A DNA stretch of 58,765 nucleotides from a phage: the sequence record PX530564.1; one strand, 5' to 3'. This document shows positions 21,815-29,931 of the stretch, one piece after another. A model generated the notes under the pieces. It was not told the DNA's origin, did no database searches, and worked only from the letters and a program-made list of their open reading frames with translations. A program made the position numbers and the translations under genes. Positions within the stretch are counted from its first letter, which is position 1, and every line of letters starts with the position of its first letter.

Positions 21815-24800
21815 ATGGATAAGTACGATAAGAACGTACCAAGTGATTATGATGGTCTGTTCCAAAAGGCGGCTGATGCCAACGGGGTCTCTTATGACCT
21901 TTTACGTAAAGTCGCTTGGACAGAATCACGATTCCAACCAACAGCTAAATCTAAGACTGGACCCTTAGGTATGATGCAGTTCACCAAGGCAACCGCCAAG
22001 GCAATGGGATTGCGCGTTACCGATGGTCCAGACGATGACCGACTGAACCCTGAGTTGGCTATCAACGCTGCCGCTAAGCACCTTGCAGGTCTGGTTGGTA
22101 AGTTTGATGGCGATGAACTTAAAGCTGCCCTTGCGTATAACCAAGGTGAGGGACGCTTGGGTAATCCACAACTTGAGGCATACTCTAAGGGTGACTTCTC
22201 GGCTATCTCCGAGGAGGGACGAAACTACCTACGTAATCTTCTGGATGTTGCCAAGTCTCCTATGGCTGGACAGTTGGAAGCATTCGGTGGTATCACCCCA
22301 AAGGGTAAAGGCATTCCGGCTGAGGTAGGACTTGCTGGTATTGGACATAAGCAGAAGGTTACACAGGACCTTCCTGAGTCCACAAGTTTCGACGTTAAGG
22401 GTATCGAACAGGAGGCTCCGGCGAAACCATTCGCCAAGGACTTTTGGGAGACCCACGGAGAAACGCTTGACGAGCACAACAACCGTTCAACCTTCTTCGG
22501 ATTCAAAGACGCTGCCGAAGCTGAACTCTCCAACTCAGTCGCTGGGATGGCTTTCCGTGCTGGTCGTCTTGATAACGGTTTTGACGTGTTTAAAGACACC
22601 ATTACGCCGACTCGCTGGAACTCTCACATCTGGACTCCAGAAGAGTTAGAGAAGATTCGAACCGAGGTTAAGAACCCTGCGTACATCAACGTGGTGACTG
22701 GTGGTTCTCCTGAGAATCTTGATGACCTCATTAAGTTAGCCAACGAGAACTTTGAGGCTGACTCACGCGCTGCTGAGGCTGGTCTGGGTGCTAAGCTGAG
22801 TGCTGGTGTTATTGGTGCTGGCGTAGACCCACTGAGCTATGTTCCGATGGTTGGTGTCACAGGTAAAGGCTTTAAGCTAATCAATAAGGCACTCGTTGTT
22901 GGCGCTGAGAGTGCAGCACTTAACGTTGCTTCCGAGGGACTTCGAACCTCAGTCGCTGGAGGTGACTCCGACTATGCTGGTGCTGCCTTAGGTGGCTTTG
23001 TGTTCGGTGCTGGTATGTCTGCAATCAGTGACGCTATCGCTGCTGGACTCAAACGTGGTAAACCAGAAGCCGAGTTCGACAATGAGTTCATTGGCCCTAT
23101 GATGCGAATGGAAGCCCGTGAGACAGCGCGTAACGCTAACTCTACTGACCTTTCTCGGATGAACACAGAAAACATGAAGTTTGAAGGTGAGCACAACGGT
23201 GTGCCCTATGAAGACCTTCCTGCTGAGAAGGGTGCTGTGGTACTCCATGACGGTTCTGTGATTAGCGCAAGTAACCCAATCAACCCTAAGACACTCAAAG
23301 AGTTCTCTGAGGTTGACCCTGAGAAGGCTGCGTGGGGCGTTAAACTGGCAGGGTTCACTGAGATTGGCTTGAAGACCTTAGGGTCTGACGATGCCAATAT
23401 TCGCAGGATAGCGATTGACCTTGTTCGTTCTCCTACTGGGATGCAATCGGGTGCCTCAGGTAAGTTTGGAGCTACTGCATCTGACATCCACGAGAGACTC
23501 CACAGTACCGACCAGAGAACCTACAACGACCTGTACAAAGCAATGTCAGACGCTATGAAAGACCCTGAGTTCTCTACAGGTGGCTCTAAGATGTCACGAG
23601 AAGAGGCTCGTTACACTATCTACCGTAGAGCGGCATTGGCTATTGAGCGTCCAGAACTACAGAAGGTTCTCACTCCGTCTGAGCGTATAGTAATGGACAT
23701 CATTAAGCGCCACTTTGACACTAAGCGTGAACTCATGGAGAATCCAGCAATCTTCGGTAATACGAAGGCTGTAAGCATCTTCCCTGAGAGTCGCCATAAA
23801 GGAACCTACGTCCCGCACGTTTACGACCGTCACGCCAAGGCTCTGATGATTCAACGGTACGGTGCCGAAGGGTTACAGGAAGGTATTGCCCGTTCTTGGT
23901 TGAACAGCTATGCCTCCCGCCCTGAGGTCAAAGCGCGTGTTGATGAGATGCTCAAGGAAGTTCATGGGGTAAAGGAAGTTACGCCGGAGATGGTTGAGAA
24001 GTACGCTATGGACAAGGCATACGGTATCTCTCATTCAGACCAGTTCACTAACAGTTCTGTGATTGAAGAGAACATTGAGGGCCTAGTAGGTATTGAGAAC
24101 AACTCGTTCCTTGAAGCTCGTAACTTGTTTGACTCTGACTTATCTATCACGATGCCTGATGGACAACAGTTTGCCGTGAATGACCTAAGGGACTTCGACA
24201 TGTTCCGCATCATGCCTGCATATGACCGCCGTATCAATGGAGACATTGCTATCATGGGGTCTACCGGTAAAACCACTCAGGAACTTAAGGACGAGATTCT
24301 AGCACTCAAAGCAAGTGCTGAGGGTAACGGTAAGAAGACTGGCGAGGTTCATGCTCTTATGGATACCGTTAAGATTCTCACCGGACGTGCTCGACGTAAT
24401 CACGACACAGTTTGGGAAACCTCGCTGCGTTCTATCAATGACTTAGGGTTCTTCGCTAAGAACGCCTATATGGGTGCTCAGAACCTTACTGAGATTGCTG
24501 GGATGATTGCTACTGGTAACGTCCGTGCTCTCGGTCACGGTATTCCGATTCTTCGTGATACTCTCTATAAGTCTAAACCAGTTTCCGCTAAGGAACTCAA
24601 GGAACTCCATGCGTCTCTGTTCGGGAAGGAAGTGGACCAGTTGATTCGACCTAAACGTGCTGACATTGTTCAGCGATTAAGGGAGGCAACTGATACAGGA
24701 CCGATGGTTGCGAACATCGTAGGGACCTTGAAGTATTCCACACAGGAATTGGCTGCTCGTTCTCCGTGGACGAAGATGCTTAATGGGACCACTAACTATC

Positions 24801-25771
24801 TTCTTGATGCTGCCCGTCAAGGTATGCTTGGGGATGTGATTAGTGCCACCCTATCTGGTAAGACTACTCGCTGGGAGAAGGAAGGATTCCTCCGTGGTGC
24901 ATCGGTAACGCCTGAACAGATGAAAGGAATCAAGGCGCTCATCAAGGAACACATGGTTCGCGGTGAGGATGGTAAGTACACTGTCAAGGATAAGCAAGCG
25001 TTCTCTATGGACCCTAGGGCTATGGACCTGTGGCGACTGGCTGATAAGGTTGCAGATGAGGCTATGCTACGTCCACATAAGGTGTCCTTACAGGATTCCC
25101 ATGCTTTTGGTGCGCTTGGTAAGATGGTAATGCAGTTCAAATCGTTTACCATCAAGTCGCTGAACTCTAAGTTCATCAAGCTCTTCTATGATGGCTACAA
25201 GAATAGCCGTGCGGTTGATGCTGCCTTGACAGGTATCATCTCCATGGGGCTTGCTGGTGGCTACTATGCGATGGCTGCACACGTCAAAGCATATGGAATG
25301 CCTAAGGAGAAACGTAAGGAGTACTTAGAGCGAGCACTGGACCCAACCATGATTGCTCACGCTTCCTTGTCTCGTAGTTCTCAATTGGGTGCACCTTTAG
25401 CTATGGCTGACCTTATTGGTGGTGCGTTCGGTGTAGAATCTTCTAAGATGGCTCGTTCCACGATTCTACCTAAGGATACCATGAAGAAACGAGACCCTAA
25501 CAAGCCTTACACCTCGTGGGAGGTAATGGGTGCTATGGGTTCAAACCTTCTGGAGCAGATGCCTTCGGCTGGCTTTGTGGCTAACGTTGGTGCTACCCTA
25601 CTGAACACTGCTGGTGTGGTTAATGCTCCCAACAAGGCTACCGAGCAGGACTTCATGACTGGCTTGATGAACTCTACAAAAGAGTTAGTTCCTAACGACC
25701 CTTTGACTCAACAGCTTGTGTTGAAGATTTATGAGGCCAATGGTGTCAATTTGAAGGAGCGTCGGAAATAA
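21815..25771 (+). CDS. 16: gene 16 internal core protein D with N-terminal lytic transglycosylase domain (1318 aa)
   Basis: ORF track; N-terminal ..ESRFQPTAKSKTGPLGMMQFT.. SLT-like motif. Confidence 0.92.
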   Translation: MDKYDKNVPSDYDGLFQKAADANGVSYDLLRKVAWTESRFQPTAKSKTGPLGMMQFTKATAKAMGLRVTDGPDDDRLNPELAINAAAKHLAGLVGKFDGDELKAALAYNQGEGRLGNPQLEAYSKGDFSAISEEGRNYLRNLLDVAKSPMAGQLEAFGGITPKGKGIPAEVGLAGIGHKQKVTQDLPESTSFDVKGIEQEAPAKPFAKDFWETHGETLDEHNNRSTFFGFKDAAEAELSNSVAGMAFRAGRLDNGFDVFKDTITPTRWNSHIWTPEELEKIRTEVKNPAYINVVTGGSPENLDDLIKLANENFEADSRAAEAGLGAKLSAGVIGAGVDPLSYVPMVGVTGKGFKLINKALVVGAESAALNVASEGLRTSVAGGDSDYAGAALGGFVFGAGMSAISDAIAAGLKRGKPEAEFDNEFIGPMMRMEARETARNANSTDLSRMNTENMKFEGEHNGVPYEDLPAEKGAVVLHDGSVISASNPINPKTLKEFSEVDPEKAAWGVKLAGFTEIGLKTLGSDDANIRRIAIDLVRSPTGMQSGASGKFGATASDIHERLHSTDQRTYNDLYKAMSDAMKDPEFSTGGSKMSREEARYTIYRRAALAIERPELQKVLTPSERIVMDIIKRHFDTKRELMENPAIFGNTKAVSIFPESRHKGTYVPHVYDRHAKALMIQRYGAEGLQEGIARSWLNSYASRPEVKARVDEMLKEVHGVKEVTPEMVEKYAMDKAYGISHSDQFTNSSVIEENIEGLVGIENNSFLEARNLFDSDLSITMPDGQQFAVNDLRDFDMFRIMPAYDRRINGDIAIMGSTGKTTQELKDEILALKASAEGNGKKTGEVHALMDTVKILTGRARRNHDTVWETSLRSINDLGFFAKNAYMGAQNLTEIAGMIATGNVRALGHGIPILRDTLYKSKPVSAKELKELHASLFGKEVDQLIRPKRADIVQRLREATDTGPMVANIVGTLKYSTQELAARSPWTKMLNGTTNYLLDAARQGMLGDVISATLSGKTTRWEKEGFLRGASVTPEQMKGIKALIKEHMVRGEDGKYTVKDKQAFSMDPRAMDLWRLADKVADEAMLRPHKVSLQDSHAFGALGKMVMQFKSFTIKSLNSKFIKLFYDGYKNSRAVDAALTGIISMGLAGGYYAMAAHVKAYGMPKEKRKEYLERALDPTMIAHASLSRSSQLGAPLAMADLIGGAFGVESSKMARSTILPKDTMKKRDPNKPYTSWEVMGAMGSNLLEQMPSAGFVANVGATLLNTAGVVNAPNKATEQDFMTGLMNSTKELVPNDPLTQQLVLKIYEANGVNLKERRK

Positions 25772-25791
25772 TACGACTCACTATAGGGAGA
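25769..25791 (+). promoter_or_regulatory. T7 RNAP class III promoter phi17-like
   Basis: TAATACGACTCACTATAGGGAGA overlapping gene 16 stop. Confidence 0.9.
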
Positions 25792-25841
25792 GGAGAAGGT
25801 CTTCTCCCTGTAGTATTCTAGATTTACTTTAAGGAGGTCAA

Positions 25842-27518
25842 ATGGCTAACGTAATTAAGACCGTTTTGACTTACCCGCTGGATGGCTCTACGCGTGATTT
25901 TAATATTCCGTTTGAGTATCTAGCCCGTAAGTTCGTAGTGGTAACTCTTATTGGCGTAGACCGTAAGGTCCTTACGATTAATACAGACTATCGCTTTGCT
26001 ACACGCACTACCATCTCTCTGACCAAGGCTTGGGGTACAGCCGATGGTTATACGACCATTGAGTTGCGTCGAGTAACCTCCACTACAGACCGCTTGGTTG
26101 ACTTTACGGATGGCTCAATCCTCCGTGCTTATGACCTTAACGTGGCCCAGATTCAGACGATGCATGTAGCGGAAGAGGCCCGTGACCTAACTGCGGATAC
26201 CATTGGTGTCAATAATGATGGTCACTTGGACGCCCGTGGTCGCCGTATCGTGAACCTAGCGAACGCCGTGGATGACCGTGACGCTGTTCCGTTTGGTCAA
26301 CTTAAGACCATGAACCAGAACTCGTGGCAAGCGCGTAATGAAGCCTTACAGTTCCGCAATGAGGCTGAGACTTTCCGTAACCAAGCGGAGGGCTTTAAGA
26401 ACGAGTCCAGCACTAACGCTTCGAATACCAATCAGTGGCGTAATGAGGCTAAGGGGTTCCGAGATGAGGCCGAACAGTTTAAGAACACTGCGACACAACA
26501 GGCTACCGCTGCTAGTGGCTCTGCGACGGCTGCTCACCAATCTGAGGTGAACGCTGCGAACTCTGCAAAAGAATCTGCTAACTCTGCTACTTTGGCAGAA
26601 CAACAAGCAGACCGTGCGGAACGTGAAGCTGACAAGCTGGGTAACTGGAATGCACTTGCAGGTGCCGTTGATAAAGTAGTGGGCGTAGATGTGTACTTTA
26701 AAGGGGTTCTCTTTTGCCGTCAAGGAGTACAGGTATTATCCTCTACCGTTCAAGGGGACCTATATCGCTCCGGTCTTTGGAGAGATACTGCTGGCAACCT
26801 TTTCTACGACTATGTACTTGAGCGTGGAACAGGTACAGGACGTGCGTTTTCAACTTTAGTCTATGAAGCTAGTGGGAATAATTACACCAAGTTTGACAGC
26901 AGAACATACCATGTAAGGGACATCCAGACTGGCTGGAGCGGAGCCAGGTCTTACGCAGACCAGTGGAATGAGAGTGCCCCATTGTGGGGTACGGTTCCAG
27001 ATGGTGCCCGTAACGAGTACTTTCCTCTTATTAAACAGCGTTCCTATCAATCCGGAATAGACGCCAAAGCATGGCATCAAGGTATTCTAGTGCAAGGTGA
27101 CGGTAAGAACGTGTGGAACATCGTGTTTACAGATGAGGGCGGTAACGTTAGAGTGTGGACATTCGACGGAGATGGTAGCTTTTGGTCTCCTATGGATATC
27201 AATGCCTCGCGGCAGGTGATCTCTGGCTCTTTCAGAACACATGGTGGCGGTACGCTCAACGGTGAAGGTCGTGTATACGGCTCTGCATACGATGGTGGCT
27301 ACCTTGACGACTGGGTTCGAAGACATTTCATAGGGGATGTCTACCTAGGACCTCACGTGTGGAACCAGTACGGTGGAGGCTATCACGACATTATAGCGCC
27401 ATCTGGACATGTCCAAACAGGCACAACCGTTAATAATGGGGGTGTTGCTGGTATCTTTGTAAGACCAGTATGGCTTGGTTTCCATAACGGCACAAAAAGA
27501 ATCATTGCGTCACAGTAA
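25842..27518 (+). CDS. 17: gene 17 tail fibre (558 aa): conserved N-terminal module plus a C-terminal receptor-binding module unlike T7 and unlike block E
   Basis: ORF track; N-terminus MANVIKTVLTYPLDGSTRDFNIPFEYLARKF..; diverges from the block-E fibre after ..FKG (about aa 285). Confidence 0.9.
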   Translation: MANVIKTVLTYPLDGSTRDFNIPFEYLARKFVVVTLIGVDRKVLTINTDYRFATRTTISLTKAWGTADGYTTIELRRVTSTTDRLVDFTDGSILRAYDLNVAQIQTMHVAEEARDLTADTIGVNNDGHLDARGRRIVNLANAVDDRDAVPFGQLKTMNQNSWQARNEALQFRNEAETFRNQAEGFKNESSTNASNTNQWRNEAKGFRDEAEQFKNTATQQATAASGSATAAHQSEVNAANSAKESANSATLAEQQADRAEREADKLGNWNALAGAVDKVVGVDVYFKGVLFCRQGVQVLSSTVQGDLYRSGLWRDTAGNLFYDYVLERGTGTGRAFSTLVYEASGNNYTKFDSRTYHVRDIQTGWSGARSYADQWNESAPLWGTVPDGARNEYFPLIKQRSYQSGIDAKAWHQGILVQGDGKNVWNIVFTDEGGNVRVWTFDGDGSFWSPMDINASRQVISGSFRTHGGGTLNGEGRVYGSAYDGGYLDDWVRRHFIGDVYLGPHVWNQYGGGYHDIIAPSGHVQTGTTVNNGGVAGIFVRPVWLGFHNGTKRIIASQ

Positions 27519-27527
27519 GGAGGGACA

Positions 27528-27905
27528 ATGAGAGTATTTACTAACTGGAAGTGGACCGAAGGGTTTTACTTTGGAAAACCAATCTATGAGATTCGTGACC
27601 ACAATAACGTTGATTGGTATACCTTGATGGACGAACTAGATGAGCGCCAAGAAACATGGGTGGTAGGTATTGGACCTAACGGCGACGTTATGTGGTTTAC
27701 TGATGGACCAGTGTCTGGACTGTATGTACCTGTAGAGGGAGGGACTGTTGTTGTAACTGATTCTTTTGAGTTCTCGACTAACTGGAGAGGGTGCACATGG
27801 GATGGAAAGACGTTCCATGCACCAGAAGAAGTCCAGAAGCGAACTAAGGAGGACATTGAGCAGGACTTGCTGAAACTAATGGCTGAGTTGAAGGGTCTGG
27901 AATAA
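27528..27905 (+). CDS. hypothetical protein (125 aa) downstream of tail fibre; candidate tail-fibre assembly chaperone or cargo gene
   Basis: ORF track; AAGGAGGG RBS 7 nt upstream of ATG; Trp- and acidic-rich; absent at the equivalent position in block E. Confidence 0.5.
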   Translation: MRVFTNWKWTEGFYFGKPIYEIRDHNNVDWYTLMDELDERQETWVVGIGPNGDVMWFTDGPVSGLYVPVEGGTVVVTDSFEFSTNWRGCTWDGKTFHAPEEVQKRTKEDIEQDLLKLMAELKGLE

Positions 27906-27925
27906 TTATACCAAGGAAAGACGTG

Positions 27926-27943
27926 TAGTCCACGGATGGACTA
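27926..27943 (+). promoter_or_regulatory. conserved stem-loop upstream of holin gene 17.5
   Basis: Perfect 7-bp inverted repeat TAGTCCA-CGGA-TGGACTA; related hairpins at 55223..55236 and 58075..58088. Confidence 0.35.
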
Positions 27944-27961
27944 TTTGAGGGAGGACGCTAC

Positions 27962-28009
27962 ATGTTGTCTTTAGATTTTAACAACGAGTTAGTCAAGGCT
28001 ACCTAAAGT
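27962..28009 (+). pseudogene. 17.5: 5' fragment of gene 17.5 (holin), 13 codons, truncated at junction with terminal-repeat sequence
   Basis: ATG 27962, MLSLDFNNELVKA matches the start of the intact holin at 55254, then runs into repeat sequence and stops at TAA 28007-28009. Confidence 0.6.
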
Positions 28010-28167
28010 TCCCCCATAGGGGTACCTAAAGCCCAGCCAATCACCTAAAGTCAACCTTCGGTTGACCTTGAGGGTTCCCTAGGGTTGGGATGACCCTTTG
28101 GTTTACCTTTGAGTGTCTCCTTGTCCCTATCTGTTCAGTCTCCTAAAGTCACCTCCTAAAGTCCATC
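28001..28167 (+). repeat. terminal-repeat-homologous sequence, entered about 15 bp inside the repeat
   Basis: CCTAAAGTTCCCCCATAGGGGTACCTAAAGCCCAGCC.. matches the T7-type terminal repeat; the same repeat type begins TCTCACAGTGTACGG at 58687. Confidence 0.65.
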
Positions 28168-28300
28168 ATCAAGCCAACGCCTAAAGAATACCCTTAAAGA
28201 CCCATCAAGTCAATCCCTATCTTAAAGATATTCTAAAGACCATACCTAAAGACCATACCTAAAGATGCCTTGTTGTTACCTATAAAGAGATTATCTTTAA
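28168..28300 (+). repeat. left-end array of short CCTAAAG / CTTAAAG direct repeats
   Basis: More than 8 copies of the heptamer at irregular spacing, as in T7 left-end short repeats. Confidence 0.5.
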
Positions 28301-28310
28301 CCATTGTCTT

Positions 28311-28333
28311 TAATACAACTCACTATAAGGAGA
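28311..28333 (+). promoter_or_regulatory. T7 RNAP promoter phiOL-like
   Basis: TAATACAACTCACTATAAGGAGA near the genome left end. Confidence 0.7.
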
Positions 28334-28383
28334 CTACTTAAAGGCCTTAAAGAGATTAATCAAAATAATTTAAAAAAGAGTAT

Positions 28384-28412
28384 TGACTTAAGGAGTCCTA
28401 GGGGTTACTATT
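28384..28412 (+). promoter_or_regulatory. sigma70-type early promoter A1-like
   Basis: AAAAAGAGTATTGACTTAAGG.. with -35 TTGACT and -10-like TACTAT at 17-bp spacing. Confidence 0.6.
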
Positions 28413-28509
28413 CATCTCGTCAACGGGACAACGGCCTAAAAGCCACTCCCTGAGATACCGGGGTCAACCGGATAAGTAGACAGCCTGTAAGTCGCACGAA
28501 AAACAGGCA

Positions 28510-28538
28510 TTGACAACACGCAGTAACATGCAGTAAGA
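28510..28538 (+). promoter_or_regulatory. sigma70-type early promoter A2-like
   Basis: TTGACAACACGCAGTAACATGCAGTAAGATAC. Confidence 0.6.
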
Positions 28539-28616
28539 TACACAGCGTCAACACGGTAGCACGGTGTCTTCTAGGTGACTTAAGCGCACCACGGCACATA
28601 AGGTGAAACAAAACGG

Positions 28617-28645
28617 TTGACAACATGCAGTAAACACGGTACGAT
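28617..28645 (+). promoter_or_regulatory. sigma70-type early promoter A3-like
   Basis: TTGACAACATGCAGTAAACACGGTACGATGTACC. Confidence 0.6.
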
Positions 28646-28763
28646 GTACCACAAGCAGTAAGGGTGTAGGGATAGGAACCGAGAAACCTGCCCGCGACCC
28701 GCCACGGATAAGGCACTAGCTATGAGTCGAATTCGGTCACTCATCGCATAAAAGAATAACAGG

Positions 28764-28792
28764 TTGACAGCCTCCTTTAAAAGCTGTAAGAT
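28764..28792 (+). promoter_or_regulatory. additional sigma70-like promoter inside a 137-bp block shared with 40531..40667
   Basis: TTGACAGCCTCCTTTAAAAGCTGTAAGATGTACC (-35 TTGACA, -10 TAAGAT). Confidence 0.45.
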
Positions 28793-29070
28793 GTACCACA
28801 GAAAGACACCGAGTGTCGTAGGTGTAAAAACGCGACATAGTGGATAGATGCCGAAAGCACAAGCGACCACGATAATAAAGAGCTTGTCGGAAATGTAACG
28901 CAAGTGACGGCTAACACTGAAACAGCCTCGGCTCGACGAAACTGTAGCTTAAAGTTCTTTAACAATTTGGTAAATAGCTCTTGGGTGCACGAATAGCGGA
29001 TAACTCAAGGGTATCGCAAGGTGCCCTTTATGATATCCACTAACATTCACATACAATGAGGTAACACAAG

Positions 29071-29421
29071 ATGGCTATGTCTAACATGACTTATAACAAC
29101 GTTTTCGACCACGCTTACGAAATGCTGAAAGAAAACATCCGTTATGATGACATCCGTGACACTGATGACCTGCACGATGCAGTACACATGGCAGCCGATA
29201 GCGCCGTTCCGCACTATTACAGCGACATTTTCAGCGTAATGGCAAGCGAGGGCATTGACCTTGAGTTCGAAGACTCTGGTCTGATGCCGGACACCAAGGA
29301 CGTAATCCGTATCCTGCAAGCACGTATCTATGAGCAACTCACAATCGACCTTTGGGAAGACGCTGAGGACTTACTGAACGAGTATCTTGAGGAAGTCGAA
29401 GCAGAAGAGGATGAAGAGTAA
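29071..29421 (+). CDS. ocr: gene 0.3 Ocr, DNA-mimic anti-restriction protein (116 aa)
   Basis: ORF track; [36 protein letters not shown].. with acidic C-terminus. Confidence 0.93.
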   Translation: MAMSNMTYNNVFDHAYEMLKENIRYDDIRDTDDLHDAVHMAADSAVPHYYSDIFSVMASEGIDLEFEDSGLMPDTKDVIRILQARIYEQLTIDLWEDAEDLLNEYLEEVEAEEDEE

Positions 29422-29576
29422 TGGCCAACAACACCACGCAATATGGTCTGACCGCTCAAACTGTACTGTTTTATAGTGACATGGTGCGCTGTGGATTTGA
29501 TTGGTCGCTCGCAATGGAACACCTTAAGGAACTGTATGAAAACAACAAGGCAATAGCCTTGGAGTCTGCTGAGTGA
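29421..29576 (+). CDS. 0.4: gene 0.4 protein (51 aa)
   Basis: ATG 29421 overlapping ocr stop, TGA 29574-29576. Confidence 0.65.
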   Translation: MANNTTQYGLTAQTVLFYSDMVRCGFDWSLAMEHLKELYENNKAIALESAE

Positions 29577-29625
29577 TAAACTCAAGGTCGCTCCTAGCGA
29601 GTGGCCTTTCATGATTATCACTTTA
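29577..29625 (+). promoter_or_regulatory. RNase III processing hairpin (R0.5-like)
   Basis: AACTCAAGGTCGCTCCTAGCGAGTGGCCTTTCATGATTATCAC. Confidence 0.4.
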
Positions 29626-29643
29626 CTTACGGGAGTAATGTAT

Positions 29644-29769
29644 ATGCTTACTATCGGTCTACTCACCGCTCTGGGTCTAGCTGTAGGCGCATCCTTTGGG
29701 AAGTCTTTGGGCGTAGCTGTAGGCTCTTACTTGGTCGCTTGTATCATCACGGGAGCACTGCGCAAATGA
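29644..29769 (+). CDS. 0.5: gene 0.5 small membrane protein (41 aa)
   Basis: ATG 29644, MLTIGLLTALGLAVGASFGKSLGVAVGSYLVACIITGALRK. Confidence 0.6.
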   Translation: MLTIGLLTALGLAVGASFGKSLGVAVGSYLVACIITGALRK

Positions 29770-29906
29770 TGAAACATTACGTTATGCCTATCCACACCAA
29801 GAACGGTGCTACAGTTTGCACACCTGATGGCTTCGCAATGAAACAACGCATTGAGCGCCTTAAGCGCGAACTGCGCATCAACCGCAAGCGTCTTCAACTA
29901 GGCTGA
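29766..29906 (+). CDS. 0.6: gene 0.6-like protein (46 aa)
   Basis: ATG 29766 overlapping 0.5 stop; MMKHYVMPIHTKNGATVCTPDGFAMKQRIERLKRELRINRKRLQLG. Confidence 0.55.
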   Translation: MMKHYVMPIHTKNGATVCTPDGFAMKQRIERLKRELRINRKRLQLG

Positions 29907-29931
29907 AATTCTTGTAACTAAAGGCAACTGT

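Noticed and set aside
27990-28170. Natural concatemer junction
   Set aside because: A replicative concatemer joins a complete right end to a left end through one full terminal repeat; here the repeat is entered internally and the upstream sequence is the holin start, not gene 19.5 and the right-end repeats.
28168-28300. CRISPR array (short direct repeats)
   Set aside because: Repeats are 7-8 bp CCTAAAG-type units with irregular spacing and no cas genes; they are the left-end repeats typical of T7-group genomes.
28420-28965. Reverse-strand ORFs (62-107 aa) in the early promoter region
   Set aside because: The region is occupied by tandem sigma70-type promoters and a processing site on the + strand and has no coding potential in T7-like genomes; the ORFs lack start context.
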